A stretch of DNA of 64,000 bases from a virus: the IMG/VR virus record IMGVR_UViG_3300044949_001773, positions 67,810 to 131,809 of that record. The stretch is one strand, 5' to 3'. Made by a program: the position numbers and the translations under genes. The notes under the pieces are model-generated. The model was given only the letters and a program-made list of their open reading frames with translations, did not search any database and was not told where the DNA came from. Shown here piece after piece: positions 29,770 through 41,400 of the stretch. Positions within the stretch are counted from its first letter, which is position 1. Every line of letters begins with the position of its first letter.

Positions 29770-32394
29770 ATGGCATCACCAACGATTCAATTTAAAAGAG
29801 GTAATGCTGGTATTGCTGGTACTTTGCCTGTAGGGTTAAAGGAAGGAGAGCCCGGCTTTACTCTAAACTACTCGGATTTTTTTATTGGTATTGATGAAAC
29901 TGTAGAAAATAATAAATTTTTTGGATCAAGTAGATATTGGATTAGAGAAGATAATGAAACTTCCTTGAGGCTTTCTTTAGTAGATAGGAATGGAATAAAC
30001 AATATACAACTAAAATCTCCAAATACATTATCTGGAATTACTACATATACATTACCAGAAACACCTATTGATACATATTTTCTGAAGACTGATGAATTAG
30101 GAAATTTAAGTTGGTCATCAGAATTTTCAGATATTATTATTAACTCTGCTATTATAGGAATAGCAACAATCACTAATTATCTAAATATAACTTCTCAAAT
30201 TGAATCCTTCAGTAAAGACACTGGGGCATTAGTAATTGATGGAGGGGTTGGGATTGAAAAGAATTTAAATGTTGGAGGCAATTTAAAGGTTCAAGGAATT
30301 TCCGAATTTGTTGGAATTGTAACATTTAGAGGTGGTACAATTAATATCGGAGATTCTGATGAGGACGATATTAATGTTGTTGGGGAATTTATATCTAATT
30401 TAGTTCCAAATTCGGACAATACATTTAGTATTGGAGTTGGTACAAATAAAAGATGGAAAAATGCAAATTTTTCAGGTATAGGTACATTTTCTTCAGGATT
30501 ATCGGCCAATAACATCAGTATTGGATTGTCAAATTCCAATACAATTGATACGTATATTGGAAATTTAATTTTAAATTCAAATGGCGGCACCATTATAATC
30601 AATGATAATCTAGAGGTATCTGGTGTATCTACATTTGCTTCTGACCTTGATATCAATTCTTCCATAGATGTTCAGAATCAAACTCAACTTAATACATTAA
30701 ATGTATCTGGAGTATCGACTTTTGCATCCAATCTTGATATCAATTCTTCTGTCGATATACAAAATCAAACTCAACTTAATACATTAAATGTATCTGGAGT
30801 ATCTACATTTGTTTCTAATGTTGATATTAATTCTTCGATAGATGTCCAGAATCAAACTCAACTTAATACATTAAATGTATCTGGAGTATCTACATTCAAT
30901 AATTTAGTTAGTTTTGCCTCATCAGTTATTTTTGGTGATAATGACATTTTAAGCTTTGGTGATGGAACTGACTTAAAATTATTCCATAATGGTTCCAATT
31001 CATATATTCAGGATTTTGGAATTGGGGCATTGCTTATACAGTCTGATGAATTAGCAATTCAGAATGAAACAGGAACTGAAAATTTTGCTAGATTTTTGAC
31101 AAATAGTTCAGTTCAGCTTTATTATGACAATATTAAAAAATTTGAAACAACTGGATATGGTGCTACTGTATTAGGAACCATACAATCTCAAGGTGTAAAA
31201 ATATCAGGAGTATCTACATTTAGCTCTGATGTTGATGTCAATGCATCTATTGATGTCCAGAACCAAACTCAACTCAATACTCTTAATGTAACTGGAATAT
31301 CAACTTTTATTTCAGAATCAAACTTTGGTTCTAATATAAGTGTAGCTAATAATGGACAATTTGGATCAATAACTGTAATTGGTGTAACAACATCAACTGG
31401 TGGATTTGACGGAGATTTGACTGGAAATGCCGGTACAGCAACATCTCTAGCAAATTCAAGAACTTTTCAAATTACTGGAGATATTGTAGCATCTCCGATC
31501 AATTTTGACGGAACTGGAAACGTATCTTTAGCAGCGACAATTCAACCAAATTCCGTTGGACTTGGAACAGATACCTTTGGCGATTATATAAAATCAATCT
31601 CAGGAACTTCTAATCAGATTACTGTAACTGGAGGAACTGGAGAAGGTTCAACACCAGTTATTTCTATTCCTGATAGTCCTACACTTCCGGGAAACGTAAC
31701 CGTAGCAAATGATTTATTAGTTAATAATAACTTGAATATCTACGGCAACATTATGATTGGAGGAACGATAGCGGTAGTTGCTGTCGAAGAATTATTAGTA
31801 AAGGACAAAGAACTTGTATTAGGATTTACTACCGACTCATCGGGCAATGAGGTATCAAATGATTCTACAGCAAATGGAGGAGGAATCTCGATTGCGTCAA
31901 CTGAGGGGTCACCTTTAGTCGATTTTAATATTTCTGGAATACATACCCATCCAAATACATATAAAGATATAATCTGGATTAAATCCGGAACATTAGGTGC
32001 TGGAACAACGGATGCTTGGCACTTTAATTATGCTGTCGGTATTGGTTCAACTCAAGTTCCAAATAATGTAGTGTTTGCCGCTGGAGCTGTACAATTTACA
32101 AATGATGATTTGGTTGCTGTAAGAAATATAAATGTATCTGGATTATCTACCTTTGCCTCTAATGTTGATATTAATAATAACTTAACAGTTACTGGAACAA
32201 CACAACTAAATTCTGTAAATATTACGGGACAAACTTCATTCAATACAATAAGTGTAGCAACGACATCTACACTCAATAAAGTGATACTTCAGTCATTATG
32301 GGTAGACGATTGTGCTGGTAATTCGCAAGTTATTAACTGTATTGGAGCGGAAAGAATTCTTCAGAATGTAACAATAGACTGTGGTACATATTGA
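29770..32394 (+). CDS. Tail fibre shaft protein with Mtd_N-like N-terminus
   Basis: Starts IQFKRG...LKEGEPGF; internal 30-aa repeats; ends DCGTY. Confidence 0.75.
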   Translation: MASPTIQFKRGNAGIAGTLPVGLKEGEPGFTLNYSDFFIGIDETVENNKFFGSSRYWIREDNETSLRLSLVDRNGINNIQLKSPNTLSGITTYTLPETPIDTYFLKTDELGNLSWSSEFSDIIINSAIIGIATITNYLNITSQIESFSKDTGALVIDGGVGIEKNLNVGGNLKVQGISEFVGIVTFRGGTINIGDSDEDDINVVGEFISNLVPNSDNTFSIGVGTNKRWKNANFSGIGTFSSGLSANNISIGLSNSNTIDTYIGNLILNSNGGTIIINDNLEVSGVSTFASDLDINSSIDVQNQTQLNTLNVSGVSTFASNLDINSSVDIQNQTQLNTLNVSGVSTFVSNVDINSSIDVQNQTQLNTLNVSGVSTFNNLVSFASSVIFGDNDILSFGDGTDLKLFHNGSNSYIQDFGIGALLIQSDELAIQNETGTENFARFLTNSSVQLYYDNIKKFETTGYGATVLGTIQSQGVKISGVSTFSSDVDVNASIDVQNQTQLNTLNVTGISTFISESNFGSNISVANNGQFGSITVIGVTTSTGGFDGDLTGNAGTATSLANSRTFQITGDIVASPINFDGTGNVSLAATIQPNSVGLGTDTFGDYIKSISGTSNQITVTGGTGEGSTPVISIPDSPTLPGNVTVANDLLVNNNLNIYGNIMIGGTIAVVAVEELLVKDKELVLGFTTDSSGNEVSNDSTANGGGISIASTEGSPLVDFNISGIHTHPNTYKDIIWIKSGTLGAGTTDAWHFNYAVGIGSTQVPNNVVFAAGAVQFTNDDLVAVRNINVSGLSTFASNVDINNNLTVTGTTQLNSVNITGQTSFNTISVATTSTLNKVILQSLWVDDCAGNSQVINCIGAERILQNVTIDCGTY
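30616..30900 (+). repeat. 90-nt tandem repeat (about 3 units) encoding VSGVSTF.S..DINSS.D.QNQTQLNTLN
   Basis: Visible at both DNA and protein level; a fourth dispersed copy at ~31200-31305. Confidence 0.85.
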
Positions 32395-32448
32395 TGATAA
32401 ATATTATTAAATAAAAGAATCTGTATATCTTCTAAAATGGAGTGATGA

Positions 32449-34311
32449 ATGCCAGATCCTATAATCCGATTTAAACGATCTTCAATACCTGGAAAAAAAC
32501 CAGCCATAGAGCAACTTCCTTCAGGGGAAATAGCTTTAAATACTCATGATGGTGAAATTTATATTCGTAGAGAAAGATCTGGCGTAGGTACTGATATTGT
32601 ATCAGTTAGTGCTGGTGCTACTGTTACAAACATTATCTACGTAACGAAAGATGGAAATGATAATAATACTGGTAAAAAATTAGGTGATGCTAAAGCAACT
32701 ATTAAAAATGCTGTAGAGAATGCAGAAGAAGGATCAATAATTAAAATAAGTGCTGGAGTATATGAAGAAGATAACCCAATAACAGTTCCAAAACAAGTCA
32801 GTATATTTGGAGATAGTTTAAGAGAAGTATCTGTTAAACCTTTAAATGATAATGATTTATTCAGAGTAGGAAATGGAAATTATATCACTAATATTTCATT
32901 TATTAGTGATGGGCCAATGCCAAATACATCTATAGTTGCTTTTGATCCCACAAAACCGCAATTTATCAATCAATCTCCATATGTTCAGAACTGTACTAAT
33001 TTTATTGATAGTAGTATTGGTTTGAAAATAGATGGCCGTCATGCAATAGGACCAACAAAATCAATGGTTCTTGATAGTTTTACGCAATATAATCCAAACG
33101 GAATAGGAGCTTCAATCACAAATAGTGCTTATGCCCAATTAGTGTCAATGTTCACTATTTGTACTGATATGGCAGTTTATTGCGGAAGCGGTGGAGCATG
33201 TGATTTAACAAACTCAAATTCATCATTTGGAAATTATGGGTTAGTTGCTGAAGGTGTAGGAGCACTTCAATATACTGGATTATCAATTAATAATAATGAT
33301 CCTGGTTTTGATACGATTACTTTAGATTTGAGTGCTCCAGTATTAGGAGTTTCTACGGCATCGTATGATAATTTATCTGGAGAATTAATAATACAAACTA
33401 CTTCAGACCATAATTATAATGTAGGAATGGCGGTTAATATTTCTGGATTGGGATTTACATGTTCTTCTGGACCAGGAATTGTTACATATCCAAGTGGAAG
33501 TAGTGGGTATGTATTCAATATATCCCAAATAAATTCTTCAGATACATTTAAAACTTATGTCGGAATTTCAACTTTAGAGCATTTTTATGTATCTGGAGGA
33601 TCTGTAAGACCAGATGTTGTTAGACCTTTTGATGGACAAGTTGTTTATTTTGATAAGTTATATTATGAAATCGATAGAGTTAATGTTTCTTATGGAGGAA
33701 CTGGATATACAAACAATACAACAATAAATTTTCAATCTCCTTCAACAAGTTGGGGAGTTCCTGCTCAGGCGACATTAGAAGTTGTAAATGGATCAATTAC
33801 AAATGTAAATATAGTTTCTAGCGGAAGAGGTTATCAATCAGTTCCAGCAATATTAATAAGCCCTCCAGAAGGAAGTACAGATCTTGCTTCATTAGAAGTT
33901 GTAATAAGACCAAAGTATTATTTAATATTAAGTTCTACTCAAATAACTAATGATTTCTGCACAATTCAGTTAAATGATAATGTCCCATACTCTGTGGGCA
34001 TTGGAACTACAGCATACTTCTTCAAACAAAGTAGATTATTGGCATCAAGTCACTCATTTGAATATATTGGAAGTGGAACTGATATAGATACTGCGTTACC
34101 AGTTTATGGCGGAGTTCCGGTTCAAGAAAATGAAACAAGATCTATAGATGGGGGTCTTGTAGTTTATACGAGCACAGACCATTCAGGAAACTTCAGAGTT
34201 GGTGATGGAGTTGTTATTAACCAAGCAACGGGAACAATCTCTGGAACATTTTATTCCAAGAGTTTATTTTCAACAATGACTCCATTTATCTTAGCACTAG
34301 GAGGGGATTAA
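32449..34311 (+). CDS. Tailspike/fibre protein with beta-helix (paralog of 20459..24565 lacking the helical inserts)
   Basis: Starts IRFKRSSIPGKKP...GEIALNT.DG; IYVTKDGND...ATIKNA...AGVYEEDNPI; ends SHSFEYIGSG...VVYTSTDHSGNFRVGDG...ALG. Confidence 0.75.
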   Translation: MPDPIIRFKRSSIPGKKPAIEQLPSGEIALNTHDGEIYIRRERSGVGTDIVSVSAGATVTNIIYVTKDGNDNNTGKKLGDAKATIKNAVENAEEGSIIKISAGVYEEDNPITVPKQVSIFGDSLREVSVKPLNDNDLFRVGNGNYITNISFISDGPMPNTSIVAFDPTKPQFINQSPYVQNCTNFIDSSIGLKIDGRHAIGPTKSMVLDSFTQYNPNGIGASITNSAYAQLVSMFTICTDMAVYCGSGGACDLTNSNSSFGNYGLVAEGVGALQYTGLSINNNDPGFDTITLDLSAPVLGVSTASYDNLSGELIIQTTSDHNYNVGMAVNISGLGFTCSSGPGIVTYPSGSSGYVFNISQINSSDTFKTYVGISTLEHFYVSGGSVRPDVVRPFDGQVVYFDKLYYEIDRVNVSYGGTGYTNNTTINFQSPSTSWGVPAQATLEVVNGSITNVNIVSSGRGYQSVPAILISPPEGSTDLASLEVVIRPKYYLILSSTQITNDFCTIQLNDNVPYSVGIGTTAYFFKQSRLLASSHSFEYIGSGTDIDTALPVYGGVPVQENETRSIDGGLVVYTSTDHSGNFRVGDGVVINQATGTISGTFYSKSLFSTMTPFILALGGD

Positions 34312-34315
34312 TTAA

Positions 34316-34657
34316 ATGGCACTCGCACTTAATGTTTTTAAAACGGTAACAAATACAGTACAACAATCTGAGCAAGAAATATACACAGCTCCCGTTGGAT
34401 ATACTGGAGTAGTATTATTGGCACAGGTCACTAATACTCATCCAAGTTCACAGACAATCAATTTAACTCATAGAAGAAGAATTTCGGGACTAGATTATGA
34501 TACAGAAATGCTTCTTGATTACCCAATTCCATCAAGTGATACTTTAAATTTACTTTCTGGAAAATTAGTATTGGAATCTGGTGACAAATTAGTTGTAAAT
34601 TGTAGTATTAATAATTACCTCAAACTTGTAATAAGTATTTTAGAGACTCTAAACTAA
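34316..34657 (+). CDS. Small structural adaptor (paralog of 24568..24927)
   Basis: Sequence similarity and identical position after the beta-helix gene. Confidence 0.7.
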   Translation: MALALNVFKTVTNTVQQSEQEIYTAPVGYTGVVLLAQVTNTHPSSQTINLTHRRRISGLDYDTEMLLDYPIPSSDTLNLLSGKLVLESGDKLVVNCSINNYLKLVISILETLN

Positions 34658-34663
34658 CCTAAA

Positions 34664-36487
34664 ATGGCAAAGTTCTTAAGCGGAAGACAAAAAAATCTAA
34701 AACTTGGCGTAGAATCTTTTTCAGAAGATAAAGTCTCGCTTGAGATTATTGGAAAGGTTGGTATTAATAGTTCTAGTCCAGTAGGGACTTTGGATGTTGT
34801 TGGAGATGTTAATGTTTTAGGTTCTCTTGGAATATCTACCTTAACAGTAGATAATATTGCTCTTGGAGTTGGTGCTAGTATTACTATCGCAGGAATCGCC
34901 GGAAGTGATGGGCAATATCTTGGTTCTACAGGAACAGGAATTACCTGGGCAAACTTTCCAAACTTAAGAACTGGATTTAGTACAGTAGGAATATTAAGTC
35001 AAACTAATATACAAACACTTTATAACACTAATTTTCTTGATATTTTCGTAAATGGCGTTTTATTAGATAGCTCTGAATATACAGCATTAAATGGAATTGA
35101 TATTATATTTGATGAGCCATTTCTTGGTGGAGAAAATATAGATATATTCTCTTACAATACAGTATCAACTTATAGCGGAGGCGGTGGAGGTACTACAGTT
35201 GTAGTTGGAGGAGGTGGAGAAAGTCTATGGACATCAAATGTATCTGGAATTTACACAAATGCAAATGTTGGAATATTCACAAATTCTCCACAATCTACAC
35301 TTGACGTAAGAGGAAACGTAAAAATTTCTGGAGTGGTAACCGCATCAAATTTCGTTGGAGATGGTTCTGGCCTTTCAAATATTATTGGAACGGGATCTGG
35401 TATAGTAGTACTAGATTCTGGAAATTTAGTAGGAACTGCTTCAACTATAGACTTTGGAAATAATATATCAGTAACCCCAATATCTGCAGGAATTCTTACC
35501 GTATCTTCCCCAGATATTCCTCCATCATATTGGAGTTCTGGATCCTCTGGCATTTCTACAGCATCAAATGTTGGAATTGGAACAACAATATTATCATCAA
35601 CATTAACTGTTAATGGAACAGCATTCGTATCTGGTGTTTCTACTTTCCAAAACAATATCAATGTTAAAGGAACTTCAACATTTGAAAACAATATTTATTT
35701 AAAAGATGATGATATAATTTACTTTGGAGATGGTAATGATTTTTCACTACTTCATAATGTAACTCTTGGTGGTTTATTCCAAGCAAATTCTAATTATATT
35801 TACTCTCAGAATTCTAGAGATTTATATATTTCTGGAAATTTAAATTCCTCTGTAAGAATTCAAGAATCTGGAACATCGGCGAACTCGGCAAGATTTCAAT
35901 ATGGCGGTCCAGTAGAACTTTATTATAATGGAGTGAAAAAAATAGAAACGACTAACAGTGGAATCGTAGTTTCTGGAGCAACAACATCTACAAGTTTTTC
36001 TGGTAGTGGAACTAATTTAACTGGAATTGTAACATCTATAATTGCTGGAACAAATGTAACTATATCTGGTTCTACTGGACAAGTTACAATTAATGCCTCT
36101 GGGGCTGGCGGTGGTGGGGAATCATATTGGACACAATATAGCACTGGAATATCCACAACTTCTAATGTTGGAATAGGGACAACGAATGCCACTTCAAAAT
36201 TAACTGTAGCTGGCGATGGTTATTTCACTGGAATTATAACCGCAAATCAATTCACAACGCAAACTGGCGGAACTCCTACTATTGACAGTCCCAACAACTT
36301 AAATATAAATGCAAATACAGTAGCAATAAGCACAAATGTAACGATTGGTAATAATTTAACTGTAAGTGGAGATGCGATTGTTGGAGTAAATACCTCTAAA
36401 GGTTTAATTTTGACATCTCCAAATGGAACACAATATAGATTAATAGTAAGTAATTCTGGCGTTTTAAGTACAACTGCTGTAGTATGA
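34664..36487 (+). CDS. Tail fibre protein
   Basis: Repeated W...GI.T..NVGIGT units; ends GLILTSPNGTQYRLIVSNSGVL. Confidence 0.75.
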   Translation: MAKFLSGRQKNLKLGVESFSEDKVSLEIIGKVGINSSSPVGTLDVVGDVNVLGSLGISTLTVDNIALGVGASITIAGIAGSDGQYLGSTGTGITWANFPNLRTGFSTVGILSQTNIQTLYNTNFLDIFVNGVLLDSSEYTALNGIDIIFDEPFLGGENIDIFSYNTVSTYSGGGGGTTVVVGGGGESLWTSNVSGIYTNANVGIFTNSPQSTLDVRGNVKISGVVTASNFVGDGSGLSNIIGTGSGIVVLDSGNLVGTASTIDFGNNISVTPISAGILTVSSPDIPPSYWSSGSSGISTASNVGIGTTILSSTLTVNGTAFVSGVSTFQNNINVKGTSTFENNIYLKDDDIIYFGDGNDFSLLHNVTLGGLFQANSNYIYSQNSRDLYISGNLNSSVRIQESGTSANSARFQYGGPVELYYNGVKKIETTNSGIVVSGATTSTSFSGSGTNLTGIVTSIIAGTNVTISGSTGQVTINASGAGGGGESYWTQYSTGISTTSNVGIGTTNATSKLTVAGDGYFTGIITANQFTTQTGGTPTIDSPNNLNINANTVAISTNVTIGNNLTVSGDAIVGVNTSKGLILTSPNGTQYRLIVSNSGVLSTTAVV

Positions 36488-38391
36488 CATTAAAAAAATA
36501 TACATTAAAAGTTAAAGATCCAACTCAATGGGAAGAAATACATGATCTCTTGTGCCATGAATCTCACGAACCAACAATACCAGATAGAAAAATAGAGTGT
36601 TGGGACGACAAACTTCATAGTCCAACAAGAGGAACTTTTATTCTTCATGGAACAGAAGTTGAGTTATTAAAAAATGATCCAAGAATTGATTGGATTGAAT
36701 TGTCTCCACAAGATAATCCAGACAGCTATCCTAAACCAGAACCAGCAACAAATAGGTGGAATAAACAGGTAAAGATATATAGGGATTTGGATGTCAGCGG
36801 AATACCAGCAACAAATCCCACAAGTGCCGAATTAGATAGAACGACATGGGCAACAAAAAGAGTTGCTATTCAAGCAAATTCTGATTTTTGGAGTGGAGTA
36901 ACTGGAAATCCTCCAGCAAAAAATACAGATTTGACTTATGATATGGATGGAAAGCATGTTGATATTGTAATTCATGATAGTGGAGTTCTTCAATACCATC
37001 CAGAATTTATAGATGAAAATGGCCAATCTAGAGTGAGAGATATTGTACTCGATGGGCCATTTTACATTGATCCGGTTTATTTTATTAGTAATGGGTTTAC
37101 ATATACTAAACCAGATGGAAGAATAGGAATTACAACCACATCCGCCAAAAATTGGTGGTCTAATGGTTCCAATCGTTCTTCCACTTTTCTAAACATAGGT
37201 ACAGTTTTCATCCCAAGCGCATATACTGAATACAATGCTATGGGAAATTCATTAGATGGTTCTAATGGCATGATCAGTGGTCATGGAACAGCTTGTGCCG
37301 GTCTTGCTGCTGGTAAAAATTTTGGAGCTGCATTTAGAGCAAATATTTGGAATATGCCAGGAATTTCTGATAATGTAGGCATGGATATTGAAACAAATTA
37401 TGATCTAATAAAGTTATTTCATAAGTATAAACCAATAAATCAAATCACAAAGAAAAAAAATCCAACAATTGTGAATGGAAGTTGGGGATATCAGGCAGCA
37501 TTCTCTTCTTCAAATACAGTAAGTTATAAATTTAGAGGATCTACTGGTTCATTTATTGGCAATGCCTCTGTAACAAATCAAGTTACAGCAATGAAAGAAG
37601 GACTTAGTAACCAAGTATCTGGGGCATATAAATCTTGGTCCTCATCTTCTCGCTCAAATTCTACAGATACAGCAGGAGCTGAAATGATGGCAGAGGGGGT
37701 AATTTATGTTGCAGCCGCAGGAAATAATAATCAAAGACTTGGAGTTGGATCAGCAGATCCAGATAGATTGAATTATATGAGTGATAATTATTTTGGATCT
37801 ACTGATCCAAGAGCACAATTTCCAACAAATACGGTACCTTGTAATCATAGAGATTGGATGAATCCTCAAGGTATTGGATTTGATTCGGTAAATGACTTTC
37901 ATCCAGTAATTTGTGTTGGTGCAATGGATGAATTTATAAATGTCAATTCAACAGAACGAAAGGCGTCTTATTCAAATAATGGACCAGGTATTGATGTATG
38001 GGCACCTGCTGATGAAACATTATCAGCAGGAACTAATAATGTGGCAGGATATACTGATTATCAAAGATATGATGATTCTAGATTTTATGATTGTTATTTC
38101 AATGGAACCAGTGCTGCTGCCCCAGTAACAACAGGCGTGATTGCTTTATATTTACAGTCAAATAGATTAGCATCTTCACAAAATGTAAAAAAATGGCTAA
38201 AAGATTATGGTTCAATAGTTATTAGTTTATATCAAGATACTCAAACTAATGACACTCAAACAACTTATTGGACAGATCTTTACAACATGAGGGGTGCTGA
38301 AAAAAGAATACTTTATAATCCATTTACAAGTAATACTCAGACAAAAATTCAAGGACTTTCTGTTTCTGGAATTACATTTTCCCAGTATTAA
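36484..38391 (+). CDS. Subtilisin-family (S8) serine protease with N-terminal prodomain
   Basis: Catalytic motifs in order: DIVIHDSGV (Asp), HGTACAGLAAG (His), AAAGNN (oxyanion Asn), YSNNGPGIDVWAP, FNGTSAAAP (Ser). Confidence 0.9.
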   Translation: MTLKKYTLKVKDPTQWEEIHDLLCHESHEPTIPDRKIECWDDKLHSPTRGTFILHGTEVELLKNDPRIDWIELSPQDNPDSYPKPEPATNRWNKQVKIYRDLDVSGIPATNPTSAELDRTTWATKRVAIQANSDFWSGVTGNPPAKNTDLTYDMDGKHVDIVIHDSGVLQYHPEFIDENGQSRVRDIVLDGPFYIDPVYFISNGFTYTKPDGRIGITTTSAKNWWSNGSNRSSTFLNIGTVFIPSAYTEYNAMGNSLDGSNGMISGHGTACAGLAAGKNFGAAFRANIWNMPGISDNVGMDIETNYDLIKLFHKYKPINQITKKKNPTIVNGSWGYQAAFSSSNTVSYKFRGSTGSFIGNASVTNQVTAMKEGLSNQVSGAYKSWSSSSRSNSTDTAGAEMMAEGVIYVAAAGNNNQRLGVGSADPDRLNYMSDNYFGSTDPRAQFPTNTVPCNHRDWMNPQGIGFDSVNDFHPVICVGAMDEFINVNSTERKASYSNNGPGIDVWAPADETLSAGTNNVAGYTDYQRYDDSRFYDCYFNGTSAAAPVTTGVIALYLQSNRLASSQNVKKWLKDYGSIVISLYQDTQTNDTQTTYWTDLYNMRGAEKRILYNPFTSNTQTKIQGLSVSGITFSQY

Positions 38392-38436
38392 AAACTTCAC
38401 ATACTAATAAATAAATTATAAGGATACGTAGTAGAA

Positions 38437-41400
38437 ATGGCAGGAAATCGAGATCTATCAAAGTTTGCGAATCAACTTTTTGTAGATTCTAATGGAAATA
38501 TTGGACTCGCTACAAATGTAAATATAGCAATAGGACATACAAATCCATCAGTTAAATTTGACCTATTAGGACCAGCAAATATAAACGGAAATCTTACCGT
38601 ATCTGGAATAGCAACATTTAATTCCACATTAGGGGTGTCTAGTTTAACAGCCTCTATATTAAATTCTTCTACAATTAGGGCCACTTCTATTGCGGCCACT
38701 TCTATTACGGCCACTTCCATTGCGACAACTTCTATTACGGCCACTTCCATTGCGACAACTTCTATTACGGCCACTTCTATTGCGGCAACTTCTATTACAT
38801 CCGGTATTCTTTCTACTACTAATTTAAATGCTTCTGGAATTTCTTCATTTGCAGGAAGCGTTTATGTAGGCGGAGCATCAACATTTTCCGATAATGTTTA
38901 TATCCAATCTTTATCATCTCCTTTAATTTCTTCTACTAATTTATCATCCCAATCTATACAATCCTCTTCATTAAATATAACTGGAATTGCTACTTTTGGC
39001 AGCAATGTAAAATTTAACGGGAATGTTGTATACACTGGATTAACAACTTTTATTGGTGCTTCAACTATTAATGATTTGAATGCAGTATCGGCCAATATAT
39101 CTGGAATATTAACAGCAAATAATCTAAACGTATTAAATTCAACAGTTACTGGATCTATTGGGGCAACAACCGCACAAATAGAATCGGCTTCTATAGATAA
39201 TTTAAATGTATTAGGAATTACGACCTTTACAAATGATGTGAATTTTGATTCTGGAATTATAGTCAGTGGAGTATCTACATTTTCTTCAGATATCAATACT
39301 TTAAATATCAACGCATCAGGTACATTAACATCTGGTATTATTAATTCTGATGAAATAACTACAAATTCTTTAGATGTAGAGAGATTTAGTGTTTCTTATA
39401 CTGGAACTTTAATAGGCGTATCCACAAATATAATATCAAATACCGACACTACAGGTATTTTAATTAATTACTTAGTCTCTGGTACAAATATACCTCAGGA
39501 AACTGTAGTATCATCAATAGGTTCAAGTTCAATAATATTATCTAAAAATACCACAAATAATTTTATACCAATTCAAAGAACTGGATCTTTTGAATCTGCG
39601 AGTGGTAATGTTATTACTGGAATTTCAACGTCAAATATTCAAGTTGGTTTTGGAGTTACTGGAAATTCTTATGTGTCTGCAGGAACTACTATAGCCAATA
39701 TAGGAATCAGTTCAGTAATATTGTCCCAAAATGCTTCTAATCCATACGGAAAAGAACTTAAAGAAGGGACTTTATCTGGAGTATCTACAAACATTATTTC
39801 TGGAATTGATACGTCTGGTATTTTCATAGGACAGATTGTTTCAGGAAATTTTATCTCTATTGGATCTACAGTTTTAGAAATTGGAATAGGAAATTTAACT
39901 TTAAGCCAATCTGCTACAAATATATCATCTAATACTTCAAATTATGAATTCTATTTTGTAGATATATTCTCATTTATTCCATTAGAAGCCATATCATCAA
40001 GTATTTACACTTATACCGATATCAATAGCGGAAACTTAGTTTCATATTCGATAGATAGTACTTTATTAGAATCCAATGAAGGCTCTATTGGAATATTAAC
40101 AGGAACAACATTATCTTATGATACCGCAGTATTTGGCGAGTATCAAGCAACTACTGGAATTGTAACAAGTTTAATCGCAGAGGATTTAACATCTAATGTT
40201 GGAATTGTTTCAAATATAAGTGGAAATAATTTAAATTATACCGGAATTGGTACAATATCAACACTAAATGTAAGTACTCTTAATTCTAATACGGTATCTT
40301 TAGATTTTGTTGATGTTATAAATCTTTCAGGACAGAATTTAAATATATCTGGAGTTGGGTCAATAACAACTCTTAATTCTACAACATTATACTCACCATC
40401 TGGAGAAATTGATAATTTAGTTGCTGGTATAGGAACTGTAACTACGTTAAATGTATCTAATCTATTTGCGGATTCTGTTGGAATATCTACAATAGTAAGT
40501 ACTGGTTACATTTCTGGAGATGATTTCGTTTTCTCCGGAATAGGAACAGTCGATACTTTATATTCCTCCGATGGAAATATAACAACGCTAAATTCTACAG
40601 ATATTTTTGCTGATAACGTATCAATAGCGAATTCATTATCATCTCAAGAAATAACCTCAGATTTACTTACAACGGTAGATTTAATAGCAGATACTTCTAC
40701 TATTGGAATATCTGGAATTACAACCGCAAATATTTCAAATCTCACAGTTACAGAATCCTTTGTAGTTTCTATTGGAAGCTCAAATGTATTATTTGGGCAA
40801 GGTACTATTGTTGCTGCTGGGGGAACAATTAATGATATTTCAGGAAACTCTATAACATATCTATCAGGAAATATTTCCAATTTAGATTCTCAATTTATAG
40901 ATGTAACTAATAAATTAACTTCTGCTGAAGGAAGTATTGGATTTTTAACTGGAACTAATTTAGACTATTCAGGAATTTCTACATTAGCAGTTATAGATTC
41001 TAATAAAGCGACAATAGATTATCTGAATGGTATTAATTTAAATTATTCGGGAATTTCTACATTAACAAACTTAGAGACTAATGAAGTAACAGTTAATACC
41101 TCATTAAGTTCCCCTTTAATTGATATCGTTAATGGAACAGTTGATGGACTGAGTGGAATTAATCTATATTATCAAACTGGAATTGTAACTTCACTATCAG
41201 GTTCTAATATTTCTTATAGTGGATTAGGAACTATTACTAATCTATTAGGAACAAATATCAACTATAGTGGAATAGGAACAATAGATTCCTTATACGGAAC
41301 TACTATTTCATATAGTGGAGATTCGTCTTTTGGAAATATAACCGTTACTGACGGAATAAATGCTGGAGGAAATTTAACTGCATTTGCTGCTACATTTACT

